From contig NW_021833228.1 of NCBI RefSeq assembly GCF_006345805.1, positions 62,001-126,000 on the forward strand: a stretch of 64,000 nt of DNA, written 5' to 3'. Below the pieces are notes generated by a model. That model worked only from the letters and a program-made list of their open reading frames with translations, had not been told where the DNA came from and ran no database searches. Both the position numbers and the translations under genes were made by a program. This document shows, one piece after another, positions 50,109-62,296 of this stretch. Position 1 is the first letter of the stretch, and every line of letters starts with the position of its first letter. The DNA comes from Octopus sinensis. Taxonomy: Eukaryota.

Positions 50109-51463
50109 ATGGAGTCCCCCATCTCCTATTCGCCCGTGACGAGCGAGGACGAATACCCGGCGTTGTCATCAGGAAAAAAGGCGTTGTCGCCAAGAAAAAA
50201 AGAGGCGTTATCGCCGAAGAAAAAGGAGGCGACGTCGCCCAAAAAAATAGAAAAAGCAATACCAGCATCAACTCCAGTGAAAAAATTCGCTGAAGTAGCT
50301 GGGAAAAAAATTAAATCAATAAACGTTGAAAATCTAGAAAAATTGCAGACGTGTAAAGAAAGAGGGCACGGAAGTGACTGTGGTCCACAGACGTACAGAA
50401 CATAAGATATAGAGAAAAGAATTATTTACAAAACGTACACACAGCTACAAAAATGATTCAGAAAATCGAGGAGAACAAAATAGAGTTATGTTTAAAACCA
50501 TAATGGACAAAATAACATATATAAACAGAGGAAAAGATACGGCACAGTGGAGGTGCGTTTTACCTCGAAGAGATAGCGAAAAAACTATCAATGGAGATTT
50601 TCAAAGCAGAAAACACGTTCTATTACCATTGTACAGAGGAAAAGGACATCAAAAATTACAATGAACAACATACCGCCAGAGGCAGATGCAGAATGTCTGG
50701 TGGCAGCAGTGATGGTAGGCCTGGAGGAAAAAATAAACATCCTCCAGGCCACAGTGGAAGAAGAGGAGTTCTGGAAAGGACAAAAGATAGTGATAGCCAT
50801 TCAGGCGGAGACACAACACTGGAAGAAATTCCAGAAACAGTAAAAATTAGCAAAGAGGAAAAATAACTGTTTTCGTGGAGGGCAAGGCCGAGGTGCTTCG
50901 GCTGCGGCAAGAAGGGTCATGTAAGGGCGGAATGCCAACCCCAACCCAAACCGCAGGAAGCACCGAAGCCAAGAGAAAAAGAAGTGTGTCACCAGAAGCA
51001 ACGTCGGACGGCCAGAAGGGAAGACTGAAGGTGTGGAGGTGACGGTGACAGCAGAACCAGCGGCGGAGGAAAAAAAGAGCGAGGAAATGATAAATGAGGA
51101 GGGGTGGAAAAAAATTACCGAAAAAAAAAAAGAAAAACGGATACCACCCCTCCCAGAATAATATTAAAAAAGAAAAGAGAGACAATGGACTCATATATGG
51201 CCGTAAAGGCAGCGAATAGCAGACTCGGAAACGTGTTGGCAGCTATGGCCAAGGTGGAGAAAGTGGAAAAGAAAAAATGACTTTGTAATCTACAGAATAG
51301 GCCGGAAGGATTACGGGCGGATAAAATCCGAATTCTTCCACCACGTAGGCCCACTTAGATTGGATGTGACATCTCCACATATATTCGAGGGCCTACGTCA
51401 GACTCCCCCACGAGGCCCAGAAAAAGAGTTGAAGAAACGAGAGAAACCGAACCACTGATATAA
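50109..51463 (+). pseudogene. ORF1 of element C
   Basis: MESPISYSP... with four SxxK/SPxK units; CCHC knuckle at 50894-50935. Confidence 0.85.
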
Positions 51464-51471
51464 GGTAAGTA

Positions 51472-54400
51472 ATGGATTACATTTATGTTGGTTGTTTGAA
51501 TGTGCGCGGCCTGGGAGCAGGCTGGAAGCAAGGTCGCTTCCTGCATGATATCAGGTCGCGTAATTTAGATGTTATTGTTGCTACAGAAACCCGGTTAGAG
51601 GGGCCAAGAGGTCTACTCCCGCTGTTTGACGGCTACGAGAGTTTTTTCTCTCCTGGCAGTCCCAGGCGGAAGTGGGGTGTTGGTCCTAATAAAAAGAAAC
51701 CGGGTTTCTGAGAAAAAGTTAATTTTTGCAGATCCAGAAGGTAGGCTGGTCGTCATGGATTTGACGTTCAGTAATGGTAAAGTTATCAGACTGGTTGCAA
51801 TTTACGCACCCAACCATACAGGGCAAAGTGATTATTTTCGAGAACTGGAAAACTTTCTTGGTACTTCGCATTCATTAGTGGTGCTAGGAGACTTTAACAC
51901 AATTTGCAAAGCGGATGTAGATTGTGTTGGCTCGCGTCCAGATAGAAAAGGTAACATTGGCTTCCTGGAACTGCTAAGCCGCTTTGAGCTAGCAGATCCT
52001 TATAGGCTGGAATTTCCGAACGCTCCATTGTGGACATGGTCAAACAGCGACGGATCTTCCAGGTCATACATAGATAGGATACTAATTAGAAAAGTAGACA
52101 GAGAAATAGCTAAGTGTCCACAGTTTTACCTGGTCAGATACAGTGATCATAAAATGGTCACTTGTAAGCTTGACATAGATAAGGTTAAAAATAAAGGATC
52201 CGGTTACTGGAAACTTAATACGTCCCTTTTGGCGATTAAGGAGTACAAAGACCGGATTAGGGATATAATTCAGAGGGCACTATCTGGTACCATCATTAAT
52301 AACAAATGGTGGTACGCCCTCAAACGAGCCATCAAGTTTGAGTCTATTAGATATAGCAGAGGAGTAGTGGCTAGAGAGGCTAGAAGGGAACTACTCTAGT
52401 TAAGGAATTAGAGGAAGCCTGAAAACTGGCTCTGCGGCTCAGGTGGCGTCCAAGAGACTGGTGTTAAACCAGCACCTCGAGGCCAAACACATGGGCTGCA
52501 TTGTCAGGGCTAGAATCCGCCATATGGGTTGTGAAGGAATCAACGCCGTGAGATGGGCCCGAGTGGTGGAAGCTCAGCATGGTAACGATGCCACGATTCG
52601 ATCTTTGACGAACCAACAAGGTGAGTTGATAAACGAACCCGAGGAGATGTGTGAGGCCTTTCAGGAGCACTTCGCTCAGCTTTTCGGTGAGTGCGGCGGA
52701 CTGGATAGGAGAGGAGGGCCTTTACGGACCTACTCGACGGGCTGCCGCGCTTATCGGGGCGAGATGCGGAGGGCTGTGAAGGGCCAATCACGCCTGAGGA
52801 GGTGGTTGAGGCAATGGCGGACTGCGGCGCGGGCAAGGCGCCGGGTTTGGATGGTCTACCCTATGAGTTATATAAGAGTATGCCAGACTTGTTCGGGCAC
52901 CTACTGGCGGAGGTCTATGCGAACTGGCAGCAGAACGGGCTTATACCCAGATCTGTGCGCCGGGGAGTAGTGACACTCGTCAGAAAGGACCCGAGCAAGG
53001 GGGAGTGCATTGATAATTTCAGGCCCATCACTCTGCTAAACACAGAGTTGAAGATTTTGGCCAAAGTGTTATCGAAAAGATTGGCGCGTGTCGCGGATGG
53101 TCTGATCGGGAGGCACAGACATGTGCCGTTCCGGGCAGATCCATTCAGGATAATCTCCATCTAATGCGGTACACTATAGAGGGGTTTAATAGTGATTCTG
53201 GCAAGGGTGGGGCACTGGTCCATTTAGACCAATCTAAAGCATTTGATAGGGTCGACCATCGCTACCTGGTATCTGCCCTGGCACAGTTTGGGCTGAGCCT
53301 TGGCTTCCTCAGGTGGATTATCCAAATTTATGATAACATCGACTCGGTAGTTCGAGTGAACGGCTTCTTGTCGACACTGTTCAAAATCAAACGCTCGGTT
53401 CGTCAAGGGTGTCCGCTCTCCCCGCTTTTGTACGTGATGGCTCTTGAGCCATTACTGCGAAAACTGAGCGGCATCCCGAGACAGCCAGGTAGTGGAAAAT
53501 CGGTGTCAGCGTACGCGGATGACATCACCATCATCGTAACCGAAATGGACCACCTATGTAAAGTAGGCAAGGCCATAGAGGTTTACGAGACGGTGACAGG
53601 AGCAAAAGTTAATCGCGAAAAGTCAGTCGGCTTGCAACTCGGCACCTGGAGAGGCAAGTCGATGCCTCCTGACAGCGTCGTGGGACGTTGGACGGAGGGT
53701 CCGATTAAATTGCTAGGGGTCTGGTTCTGTCCAGACCTCTAAATAGAGAAGAATTGGGGCGAGGTATCGAGCAGGGTGGCTGCAGTAGCCAAGACCTGGT
53801 CTTGGCGGTGGCTATCCTTGAAAGGGAGGGCGGAGGTGGCCAATGTGTTTATCGCATCGGTTATCACCTACCGCCTTTCCGTCGTTCCTTGCCCTGATTC
53901 GTGGTTGATCAAGTTGGAAAGACAGCTCTTCTACTTCTTGTGGAAGGGCGGGAAACCACTTGTGAAACGCTCTACTTGCTGTCAACAACCGTTAAAGGGT
54001 GGGCTAGGGATGCCTTGGCTGATGATGCGCAGACATGCGCTGAGGTTAAGACATCTGTGGCTCTACCTGGATGGTGAACGGGTGTGGTCTCCGCTAGCAA
54101 AACTGATGTTTCCCAAGTTCACTAGTTTCGGTGGATGGGAAACCTGGCTGAATCGTAGATCGAAACTTGGTACTTGGTACACGGAGTGTCGCAAGGCTCT
54201 CCTGCTATTCCGTCGCTCGGGTAACGCCTGCGGTGGGGGTTCCACCACATTCTTCTATAGAGGGTTGGTAGAGGCGGAATGTGAAAATACCTTGGGAGGA
54301 GCCCTAGGTCTCGACGATAATCAGCTGGCCAGTCTGTTCTGACGTACGTTCAAGCCGAGGACACTGGACAACTTCCAGAAGTCTCTGGCATGGCAATGCT

Positions 54401-54864
54401 ACAGAGGAGCTCTACCTGTTCGGGATAAACTCGCAAGGCACGGTGGCCAAGACAGTCCGATATGTCCAAGATGCGGGCGGGATAGGGAAACCGTCCCACA
54501 CGCTATTGTTCATTGTCCGGACGTGTCTGAGGTGTGGGTTTATGCCAAACAGCTGTTGTCAAGTACACGAAGAGTACAGCTGCCGACTGAGTCGATTACA
54601 AAAATTGACCCACCGGATTTCCTCGTGAATGAAGGTAAGTTTCGTTTTCTCGTTGTAGTAGCAATTGCGAAAGAGGTGATATGGAAGACGAGAATGAAAG
54701 GTCTACAGTCAGGCAAGTTCATCTCCGGCCCTGGTTTGATGAATTATTTCATCTTTCACCTGAAAAGGAAGATAGGGCTGGAGAGAATATGCCTGACTAG
54801 GAGAGTGTATGAATAACGATGGAAGGATGTAGCACGAAAGTTGCGAGTGAAAGATACAACATAA
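51472..54864 (+). pseudogene. ORF2 of element C with premature stops
   Basis: Same motifs as B. Stops at 53742 (caa>taa), 54342 (cga>tga) and 54816 (gaa>taa) relative to B. Confidence 0.9.
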
Positions 54865-55110
54865 ATGTAATACCAAGCGCAACCAAAAGTATCAGTGGAG
54901 AGGCGGGGCTCGTGGGGTCCGAGCTAAACCCGCACCCACTCCACCCGTAATGTCTTCCGGTCTGTTCTAACATTCGATTTTGTGTATATTTTGTAATTTC
55001 ATGTTAATTTTTAAACTCATTTTATTGTAAAAACCCATTCGTGTGTCTGACCCCATCATCAGATTGTATTGTCCCATCTATGTTCGCCCCTTGTGGGTAA
55101 TAATAAAACA

Positions 55111-55495
55111 ACATGGAGGAAAGCACCTTCGAAAAGTGTCTTGGTGCGACTATGAAAGGTATCTAATCAGAGGCGGTAAATTCGCCACAATAGAAGCAAG
55201 GTTCGAGTCAACTGAGCGTGCAAGGGAGTACTCGACTCGAACTTGCAAAGTGGAAATATTTTATTTTTACCTTTATATCTGGGACGTAGGACGTCCCGGA
55301 AAAAAATTTAAAATGTCCCCCAGAAGTAGAGGTTGGCTGGATTGTAGCCACACTTCTATACAAGAGGGAGGACAAGATACAATTGATCGGAATTGCAAGA
55401 GACGGGCTAACAATTCCAGTCTGTTATATACTTTGAGTATTGTTATCACTAGCGATATCAAGATATAACTTTGTATTTTGTATTTTATGTGTAGA
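55111..55495 (+). pseudogene. Family D ORF1, right half of the interrupted target
   Basis: acatggaggaaagcaccttcgaaaagtgtc... is the reverse complement of 22817-23210. Confidence 0.8.
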
Positions 55496-55602
55496 TGTAT
55501 ATATATATATATAGATGTACATGTAATATGTACACATATATATACACATATATACATGCACTAGCACTATGACCTGGCAACGACGGGTCTTTAATGCTAG
55601 TG

Positions 55603-55652
<50 letters not shown>

Positions 55653-55671
55653 TATATATATATATATACAC

Positions 55672-55704
<33 letters not shown>

Positions 55705-55714
55705 TATATATATA

Positions 55715-58700
55715 TGCGATGCGAATAGTCTTATGATTTGCAACACTAACTTCAGGAAACCGACAAGCCACCTGGTCACCTACCGATCGGGCCGGCATAC
55801 TAGCCAAATCGACTACATCCTTGCAGAAAAAGGGAAAGATGGCTGCTTATAAATGCCAAAACCTTCCCAGGCGAAGAATGCACCCCACAACATAGACTGG
55901 TAGTTAGTGACTTTAGGATCAGGACTAAGAGGGCGACTAGAAGACGACCAACATGGAGAAGAAGGGTCTGGAAGCTTAAAGACCCTGCGAATGGACAGAG
56001 ATTTAGAGATATGTTATTTGAAGCTTTAGACGAAATGGAAGGGAGTATAGCTACGCATGGGGTAGAAGACAACTGGACGCTTCTGAGGGACAACCTGCTG
56101 AAAGCCGCTGACCAGATCTGTGGCTGGTGCAAAGTCCCCTTAAGACCCAAAATAACGTGGTGGTGGAACAATATTGTTGACAGGGCTATTAGACAAAAGA
56201 AACAGGCTTGGAAGGCCTGGAAGAACGGTGGTAGCAGGGAAGTATATCAGTCTGCCAGAAGGGAAGCCAGGAGACAGGTCTATCTAGCCAGAGGGGAAGC
56301 AGAGAAGGAAAAATTTGCCAATGTCCTGCGTCGTGAGGATGAAAGACTTGAGGTATTTCGTGTTGCAAGACAGTGTGTGAGAGAGAATCGTGACGTGGTA
56401 GGAGAGAAATGTGTTCGCAAGGAGGACGGTTCACTTGCACTTAATGAGGGTGCAAAGAGAGAGACTTGGAGACGCCACTATGATAGGTTGCTGAATGAAG
56501 AAAATGAATGGGATAAAGAGAGTCTGCCGAATGTCGACCCAACAGAGGGACCAGCAATCCGAGTTAACAGTTCCTTAGTAGATAAGGCAATTAGAAGCAT
56601 GAAAACAGGGAAAGCCCCAGGCCCATCAGGAATTACTGCAGAGATGCTCAAAATATCTGGTGGTGTCGGCTATAGCTTAGTCACCCGTATAGTTAACCAG
56701 GTGATACACGAAGGAGTCATACCCAATGACTGGTGTAGCAGCATAATAGTCAACTGCTACAAAGGTAAAGGTGACACCCTAGATACAAATAATTACAGAG
56801 GTATCAAGCTGCTGGATCAGGTAATGAAGGTTACGGAGAGGGTTGTAGCCCAACTAATTAGAGAGAGAGTTACCTTAGATGATATGCAGTTTGGGTTCGT
56901 GCCAGGGAAAAGTACCACTGATGCTATATTCCTGGTAAGACAGCTGCAGGAGAAATACCTAGCCAAAGATAAGCCCTTGTACCTGGCTTTTGTTGACTTG
57001 GAGAAAGCCTTTGACAGGGTCCCCCGGTCCCTTATCTGGTGGTCAATGAGGAAACTAGGGATAGAAGAATGGTTGGTGAGGGCTGTGCAAGCCATGTACA
57101 GAGAAGCTGCTAGTAAGGTGAGGGTGGGCAACGAGTACAGTGAAGAATTCCGGGTAGAGGTTGGGGTCCACACCAGGTTCAGTCCTCAGTCCCCTCCTAT
57201 TTATCATAGTCCTCCAGGCAATAACGGAGGAATTCAAGACAGGTTGCCCCTGGGAGCTCCTCTATGCTGATGACCTTGCTCTAATTGCTGAGTCACTATC
57301 AGAACTGGAGGAGAAGTTCCAGGTGTGGAAACAAGGATTAGAATCGAAGGGCCTTAGAATCAACCTAGCCAAAACCAAAGTTCTAATAAGTAGGAAGGTA
57401 GATCAATCACAAACGCCTTCAGGTAGATGGCCCTGCTCGATCTGTAAAAAAGGTGTGTAGGTAGAAACTCTATAAGATGCACCAAGTGTAAGCTATGGAC
57501 ACATAAGAGGTGCAGCAATGTCAAAGGAAGGCTAACTAGGAAAATAGTTTTTGTCTGTGGCAAATGCTCAGGAGCAATAAACACTGGAAATATGCAGAGA
57601 CCAACTTCTGCCACGTTCCAGGGAGACAAACTAGAAGTAGTTGATAGCTTCCGCTACCTAGGAGACCAAGTCAGTAGCGGGGGTGGGTGTGCTGAAAGTG
57701 TAACTGCTAGAGTAAGAATAGCCTGGGCAAAGTTTAGAGAGCTCTTACCCCTGCTGGTGACAAAAGGCCTCTCGCTCAGAGTAAAAGGCAGACTGTATGA
57801 TGCATGTGTACGTACAGCCATGCTACATGGCAGTGAAACATGGGCCGTGACTGCTGAGGATATGCGTAAGCTCGCAAGAAATGAAGCCAGTATGCTCCGA
57901 TGGATGTGTAATGTCAGTGTTCATAATCGTCAGAGTGTAAGTTCCTTGAGAGAAAAGCTGAACCTAAGAAGCGTCAGTTGTGGCGTGCAAGAGAGACGGC
58001 TGCGCTGGTATGGTCATGTGACAAGAAAGGCTGAAGATAGTTGTGTGCAAAAGTGCTACACCCTAGCAGTGGAGGGAACCTGTGGAAGAGGTAGACCCAG
58101 GAAAACCTGGGACGAGGTGGTGAAGCACGACCTTCGAACTTTAGGTCTCACTAAGGAAATGTCTAGAGACCGAGACCTATGGAAGTATGCTGTGCATGAG
58201 AAGACCCGGCAAGACTAGTCAGGCCATAACCCGTGGCCCCGACCTGGGACGTAGTCAGTCCTGTGCATACCTTCCTTCTTGTGACACTTATGAAGACCTG
58301 TTGAGGCAAGTGAAAATCAAATCAAATCAAAACAAATCAAAATAGATGAACATCAGTGGAATTGTATTCTTTGTGGTACCAGTGCCGGTGGCACACAAGA
58401 AAACCACCCAAACGTGGCCGTAACCAGTACCGCATCGACTGGCCTCCGTGCTGTGGGCACAACAACACCATCCGATCGTGGCCGTTCGCCAGCCTCATCT
58501 GGCACCTGTGCCGGTGGCACATAAAGACACCATCCGAAGACCCGGCGACGTAGTCAGTCCACCTGTGCATACCTTCCCTCTTATGACACTTGTGAAGACC
58601 TGTTGAGGCAAGTGTGTGACACTTGTGGAGACCTGTTGAGGCAAGTGTGTGACCCTTGTGAAGACCTGTTGAGGCAAGTGAAAATCAAACCAAATCAAAA

Positions 58701-59917
58701 TAGATGAATATCAATGGAATTTGTATCTTTGTGGTTCCAGTACCGGTGGCACACAAGAAAACCATCCGAACGTGGCCGTAGCTGGTACCGCATCGACTGG
58801 CCTCCGTGCTGTGGGCACAACAAACACCATCTGATCGTGGCCGTTCGCCAGCCTCACCTGGCACCTGTGTCGGTGGCACATAAAAACACCATCCAAAGAC
58901 CCGGCGACGTAGTCAGTCCACCTGTGCATACCTTCCCTCTTATGACACTTGTGAAGACCTGTTGAGGCAGAGGCAAGTGTGTGACACTTTGTGAAGACCT
59001 GTTGAGGCAGAGGCAAGTGTGTGACACTTGTGGAGACCTGTTGAGGCAAGTGTGTGACACGCGTGACACTTGTGAAGACCTGTTGAGGCAAGTGAAAATC
59101 AAACCAAATCAAAATAGATGAACATCAATGGAATTTGTATCTTTGTGGTTCCAGTACCGGTGGCACACAAGAAAACCATCCGATCGTGGCCGTTCGCCAG
59201 CCACATCTGGCACCTGTGTCGGTGGCACATAAAGACACCATCCGAAGACCCGGCGACGTAGACAGTCCACCTGTGCATACCTTCCTTCTTGTGACACTTG
59301 TGAAGACCTGTTGAGGCAAGTGAAAATCAAATCAAATCAAAACAAATCAAAATAGATGAACATAAATGGAATTTGTATCTTTGTGGTACCAGTGCCGGTG
59401 GCACACAAGAAAATCATCCGAACGTGGCCGTAGCCAGTACCGCATAGACTGGCCTCCGTGCTTTGGGGACGTAACAAACACCATCCGATCGTGGCCGTCC
59501 GCCAGCCTCATCTGGCACCTGTGTCGGTGGCACATAAAAACACCATCCGAGCGTGGCCGTCTGCCAGCCTCGTCTGGCACCTGCCAGCCTCATCTGGCAC
59601 CTGTGTCGGTGGCACATAAAAACACCATCCGAGCGTGGCCGTCTGCCAGCCTCGTCTGGCACCTGTGTCGGTGGCACATAAAAACACCATCCGAGCGTGG
59701 CCGTTCGCCAGCCTCGTCTGGCACCTGTGTCGGTGGCACATAAAATCACCCACTACACTCTCGGAGTGGTTGGCGTTAGGAAGGGCATCCAGCTGTAGAA
59801 ACACTGCCAGATCTGACTGGCCTGGTGCAGCCTTCGGCTCCCCAGACCCCAGTTGAACCGTCCAACCCATGCTAGCATGGAAAACGGACGCTAAATGATG
59901 ATGATGATGATGATGAT
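55715..59917 (+). mobile_element. 5'-truncated RTE LINE with well-preserved RT and expanded tandem 3' UTR
   Basis: 419-aa ORF 56011-57270 (RT N-half), YADD, PHD-like finger, 208-aa C-terminal ORF, four UTR modules, (GAT)n tail; flanked by (TA)n on both sides. Confidence 0.95.
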
Positions 59918-59935
59918 ATATATACACATATATAT

Positions 59936-59980
<45 letters not shown>

Positions 59981-60000
59981 TATATATATATATATTATAT

Positions 60001-60042
<42 letters not shown>

Positions 60043-60369
60043 TATGTTGATTGAGGGTGACATGGGGTGTGTAATGATACCTACACACATACTAGATATG
60101 CTTAAAGCATGTAGCATCAGATTGCTATAAACTGACCACTGGCTACAACAATATCATATTTCACTCCCTTTCTTCTGGTAATTAGAAGTAATTTACCACA
60201 GCATCAAAGCTTTAATTCCTTATCTCTCTATCTTAATCCTTTTGTCTTTGTATACCTTTGTATCTTTTATTTCTGTCTTTATTTTATTTTTTTTTATTTT
60301 TATTTTTATTTTTTATATTGTTGTACCATTGAATTACACTTAACGCCCAACTTTTATGCTCAGGTAACT

Positions 60370-60900
60370 CTACAGCTTGCTTCAATAACTGTTTCCAGCT
60401 CTGAGAGCCCAGCACTGAACCAATCTGGGTTTTGCCTTTCTCTCATGCCAAAAGTGTCTATTGATATGGTATACAAGCTTCCCTGATATAATTCCACCTA
60501 CTTTCAGCAGAGGAGGTTGGGCAGCTACTGAGGGCAACCTTGATAGAAACAGCAAAACATTGTCGCAGTGTAGGGTCCGAGGTTCTGGCAGCGTTAATGC
60601 GTGGTCGGCCCATTTTCTTGGAGTGATGGACTTTTTTAGGCAGAATCCTCACCATGCTTCTTATTAGTGAATGATCTGTGTCACAATCCGCACTGTGGTA
60701 ACTACGGGTCAGTTGAACAGAATTCAGAAAGGATCTTCGTGTAATGATGAGATCCAGCTGATGCCAGTGGTGAGATCTTGGACGTCTCCAAGATGCCTTG
60801 TGGGATGTCTTGTTGGCAAAGAATGTGTTAGTGATGCACAGGTTATGGTATGTGCAAAATTCAAGTAGTCTCTGACTATTGTCATTCATGTTGCCAATAC
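60370..60900 (-). pseudogene. BovB-like RTE endonuclease fragment (a second RTE lineage)
   Basis: NDNSQRLLEFCTYHNLCITNTFF...SWRRPRSHHWHQLDLIITRR...SYHSADCDTDHSLI. Confidence 0.8.
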
Positions 60901-60962
60901 CAAAACACATATATACATACATATATATACGATTAATTTGTTTCAGTTCCTGTCTACGAAAT

Positions 60963-61027
<65 letters not shown>

Positions 61028-61074
61028 GATAAATTGATAGATACAACTGAGTGGGCAAACAAAAATATGAGACA

Positions 61075-61415
61075 CTGCCTAGTGCTTTTTTTATTTTGAT
61101 AAGCCTGGTACTTACTCTATCAGCTTCTTCTTGTGAAACAAGTAAGTTACGGGAAAGTAAATAAACGAACACCAGTTGTGAGGCAGTGATGAGGGAGAAA
61201 CACAAAGACACACACATAGACTTACATATATACATACATATATATACGATTAATTTGTTTCAGTTTCTGTCTACAAAATTCCCTGGCAAGGCTTTGGTTG
61301 GTTTCAGGCTATAGCAGAAGACACATGCCAAGTCACCACTCAGTGGGACTGAGCTGAGGACCATGTGTTTTGGAACCAAATTTGTTAGCACACAGCCACA
61401 CCTGCACCTATGTAT
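61075..61415 (-). mobile_element. tRNA-derived SINE, inverted duplicate of 28355-28700
   Basis: Near-identical reverse complement including flanking microsatellites (about 28190-28830 vs 60960-61590). Confidence 0.7.
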
Positions 61416-61714
61416 GTGTGTGTGTGTGTGTGTGTGTATGGGTGTATATATGTGCATATATATGTGTACATATTACATGTACATCTATATATGTATACTA
61501 GCATTATGACTCATCCTTGCCAGGTCATAGTGCTAGTGCATGTATATATGTGTATATATATATGTGTACATATTACATGTACATCTATATATGTATATAT
61601 ATATACATCTAGACATACATGTATACATATACATGTATATCTATAGAAATACATCTATACGTATACATGCATACATATACATCCATATATATACATGTTT
61701 ATATATATATATGT

Positions 61715-62295
61715 ATCAAAGGAAATAAAATAAAAAACAGAACACAAAGGATGTCGCGGTACACGTGTTTCAAGCTTTATAAAACAACTTATTCTTACAT
61801 CAATGTATAATCGACATAACAGATGGTTTAAAGCTCTCTTCAGTCGCATGCAATTGCTACTCCAAAGACTTGTATCACATTATGAAAGGTTTGAAAAAGA
61901 ACATTTGGCATTATTTATAATGGTAGGTAAACTGAGTATCACTGGGAAATAGGTGTACAGGGTATTATTGGACTCCAAAAAATCGTCCATACCATTTTCT
62001 CACTCAATATGGAGTGAATACTGGGTAGATTCTGGTTGGGTTCATTCTTCTTGTAAGGGTAGAAAAAAAGGAGGATTGAAGGTTGAGAGAAAGAGAAAAA
62101 GGAGGAAAGAGGGGAAGGGTAGGAAACGTTAATGAAGTTGGGATCACAAAAAAATATTTATATAATTATATAGGATAATAAAATATAAAATATAATAAAA
62201 AGTAAAGATGTAAAAATATAAATATATAAAGATATAAAGAACGTCAGGTATAAGGTCAAAAATTCTAGAAGTGTATTGTGAAAGTGTAAAAGGTA
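61715..62295 (-). mobile_element. Penelope-like pseudo-LTR fragment
   Basis: Near-identical to 41960-42300, then a tract that is C/T-rich on the minus strand, like 34770-35160. Confidence 0.7.
61756..61847 (-). ncRNA. Type I hammerhead ribozyme motif (same as 41997-42088)
   Basis: Identical 92-nt motif. Confidence 0.72.
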
Positions 62296-62296
62296 C

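Larger units (their letters stand above)
49898..55110 (+). mobile_element. Element C: full-length (5.2 kb) L1/Tx1-clade LINE
   Basis: Collinear with B; ORF2 nearly identical, 5' UTR and ORF1 N-terminus visibly more diverged. Confidence 0.92.

Noticed and set aside
42933-55110. Telomeric HeT-A/TART-type array
   Set aside because: The stack is internal, flanked on both sides by halves of one interrupted element, with no telomeric repeats; the analogy is architectural only.
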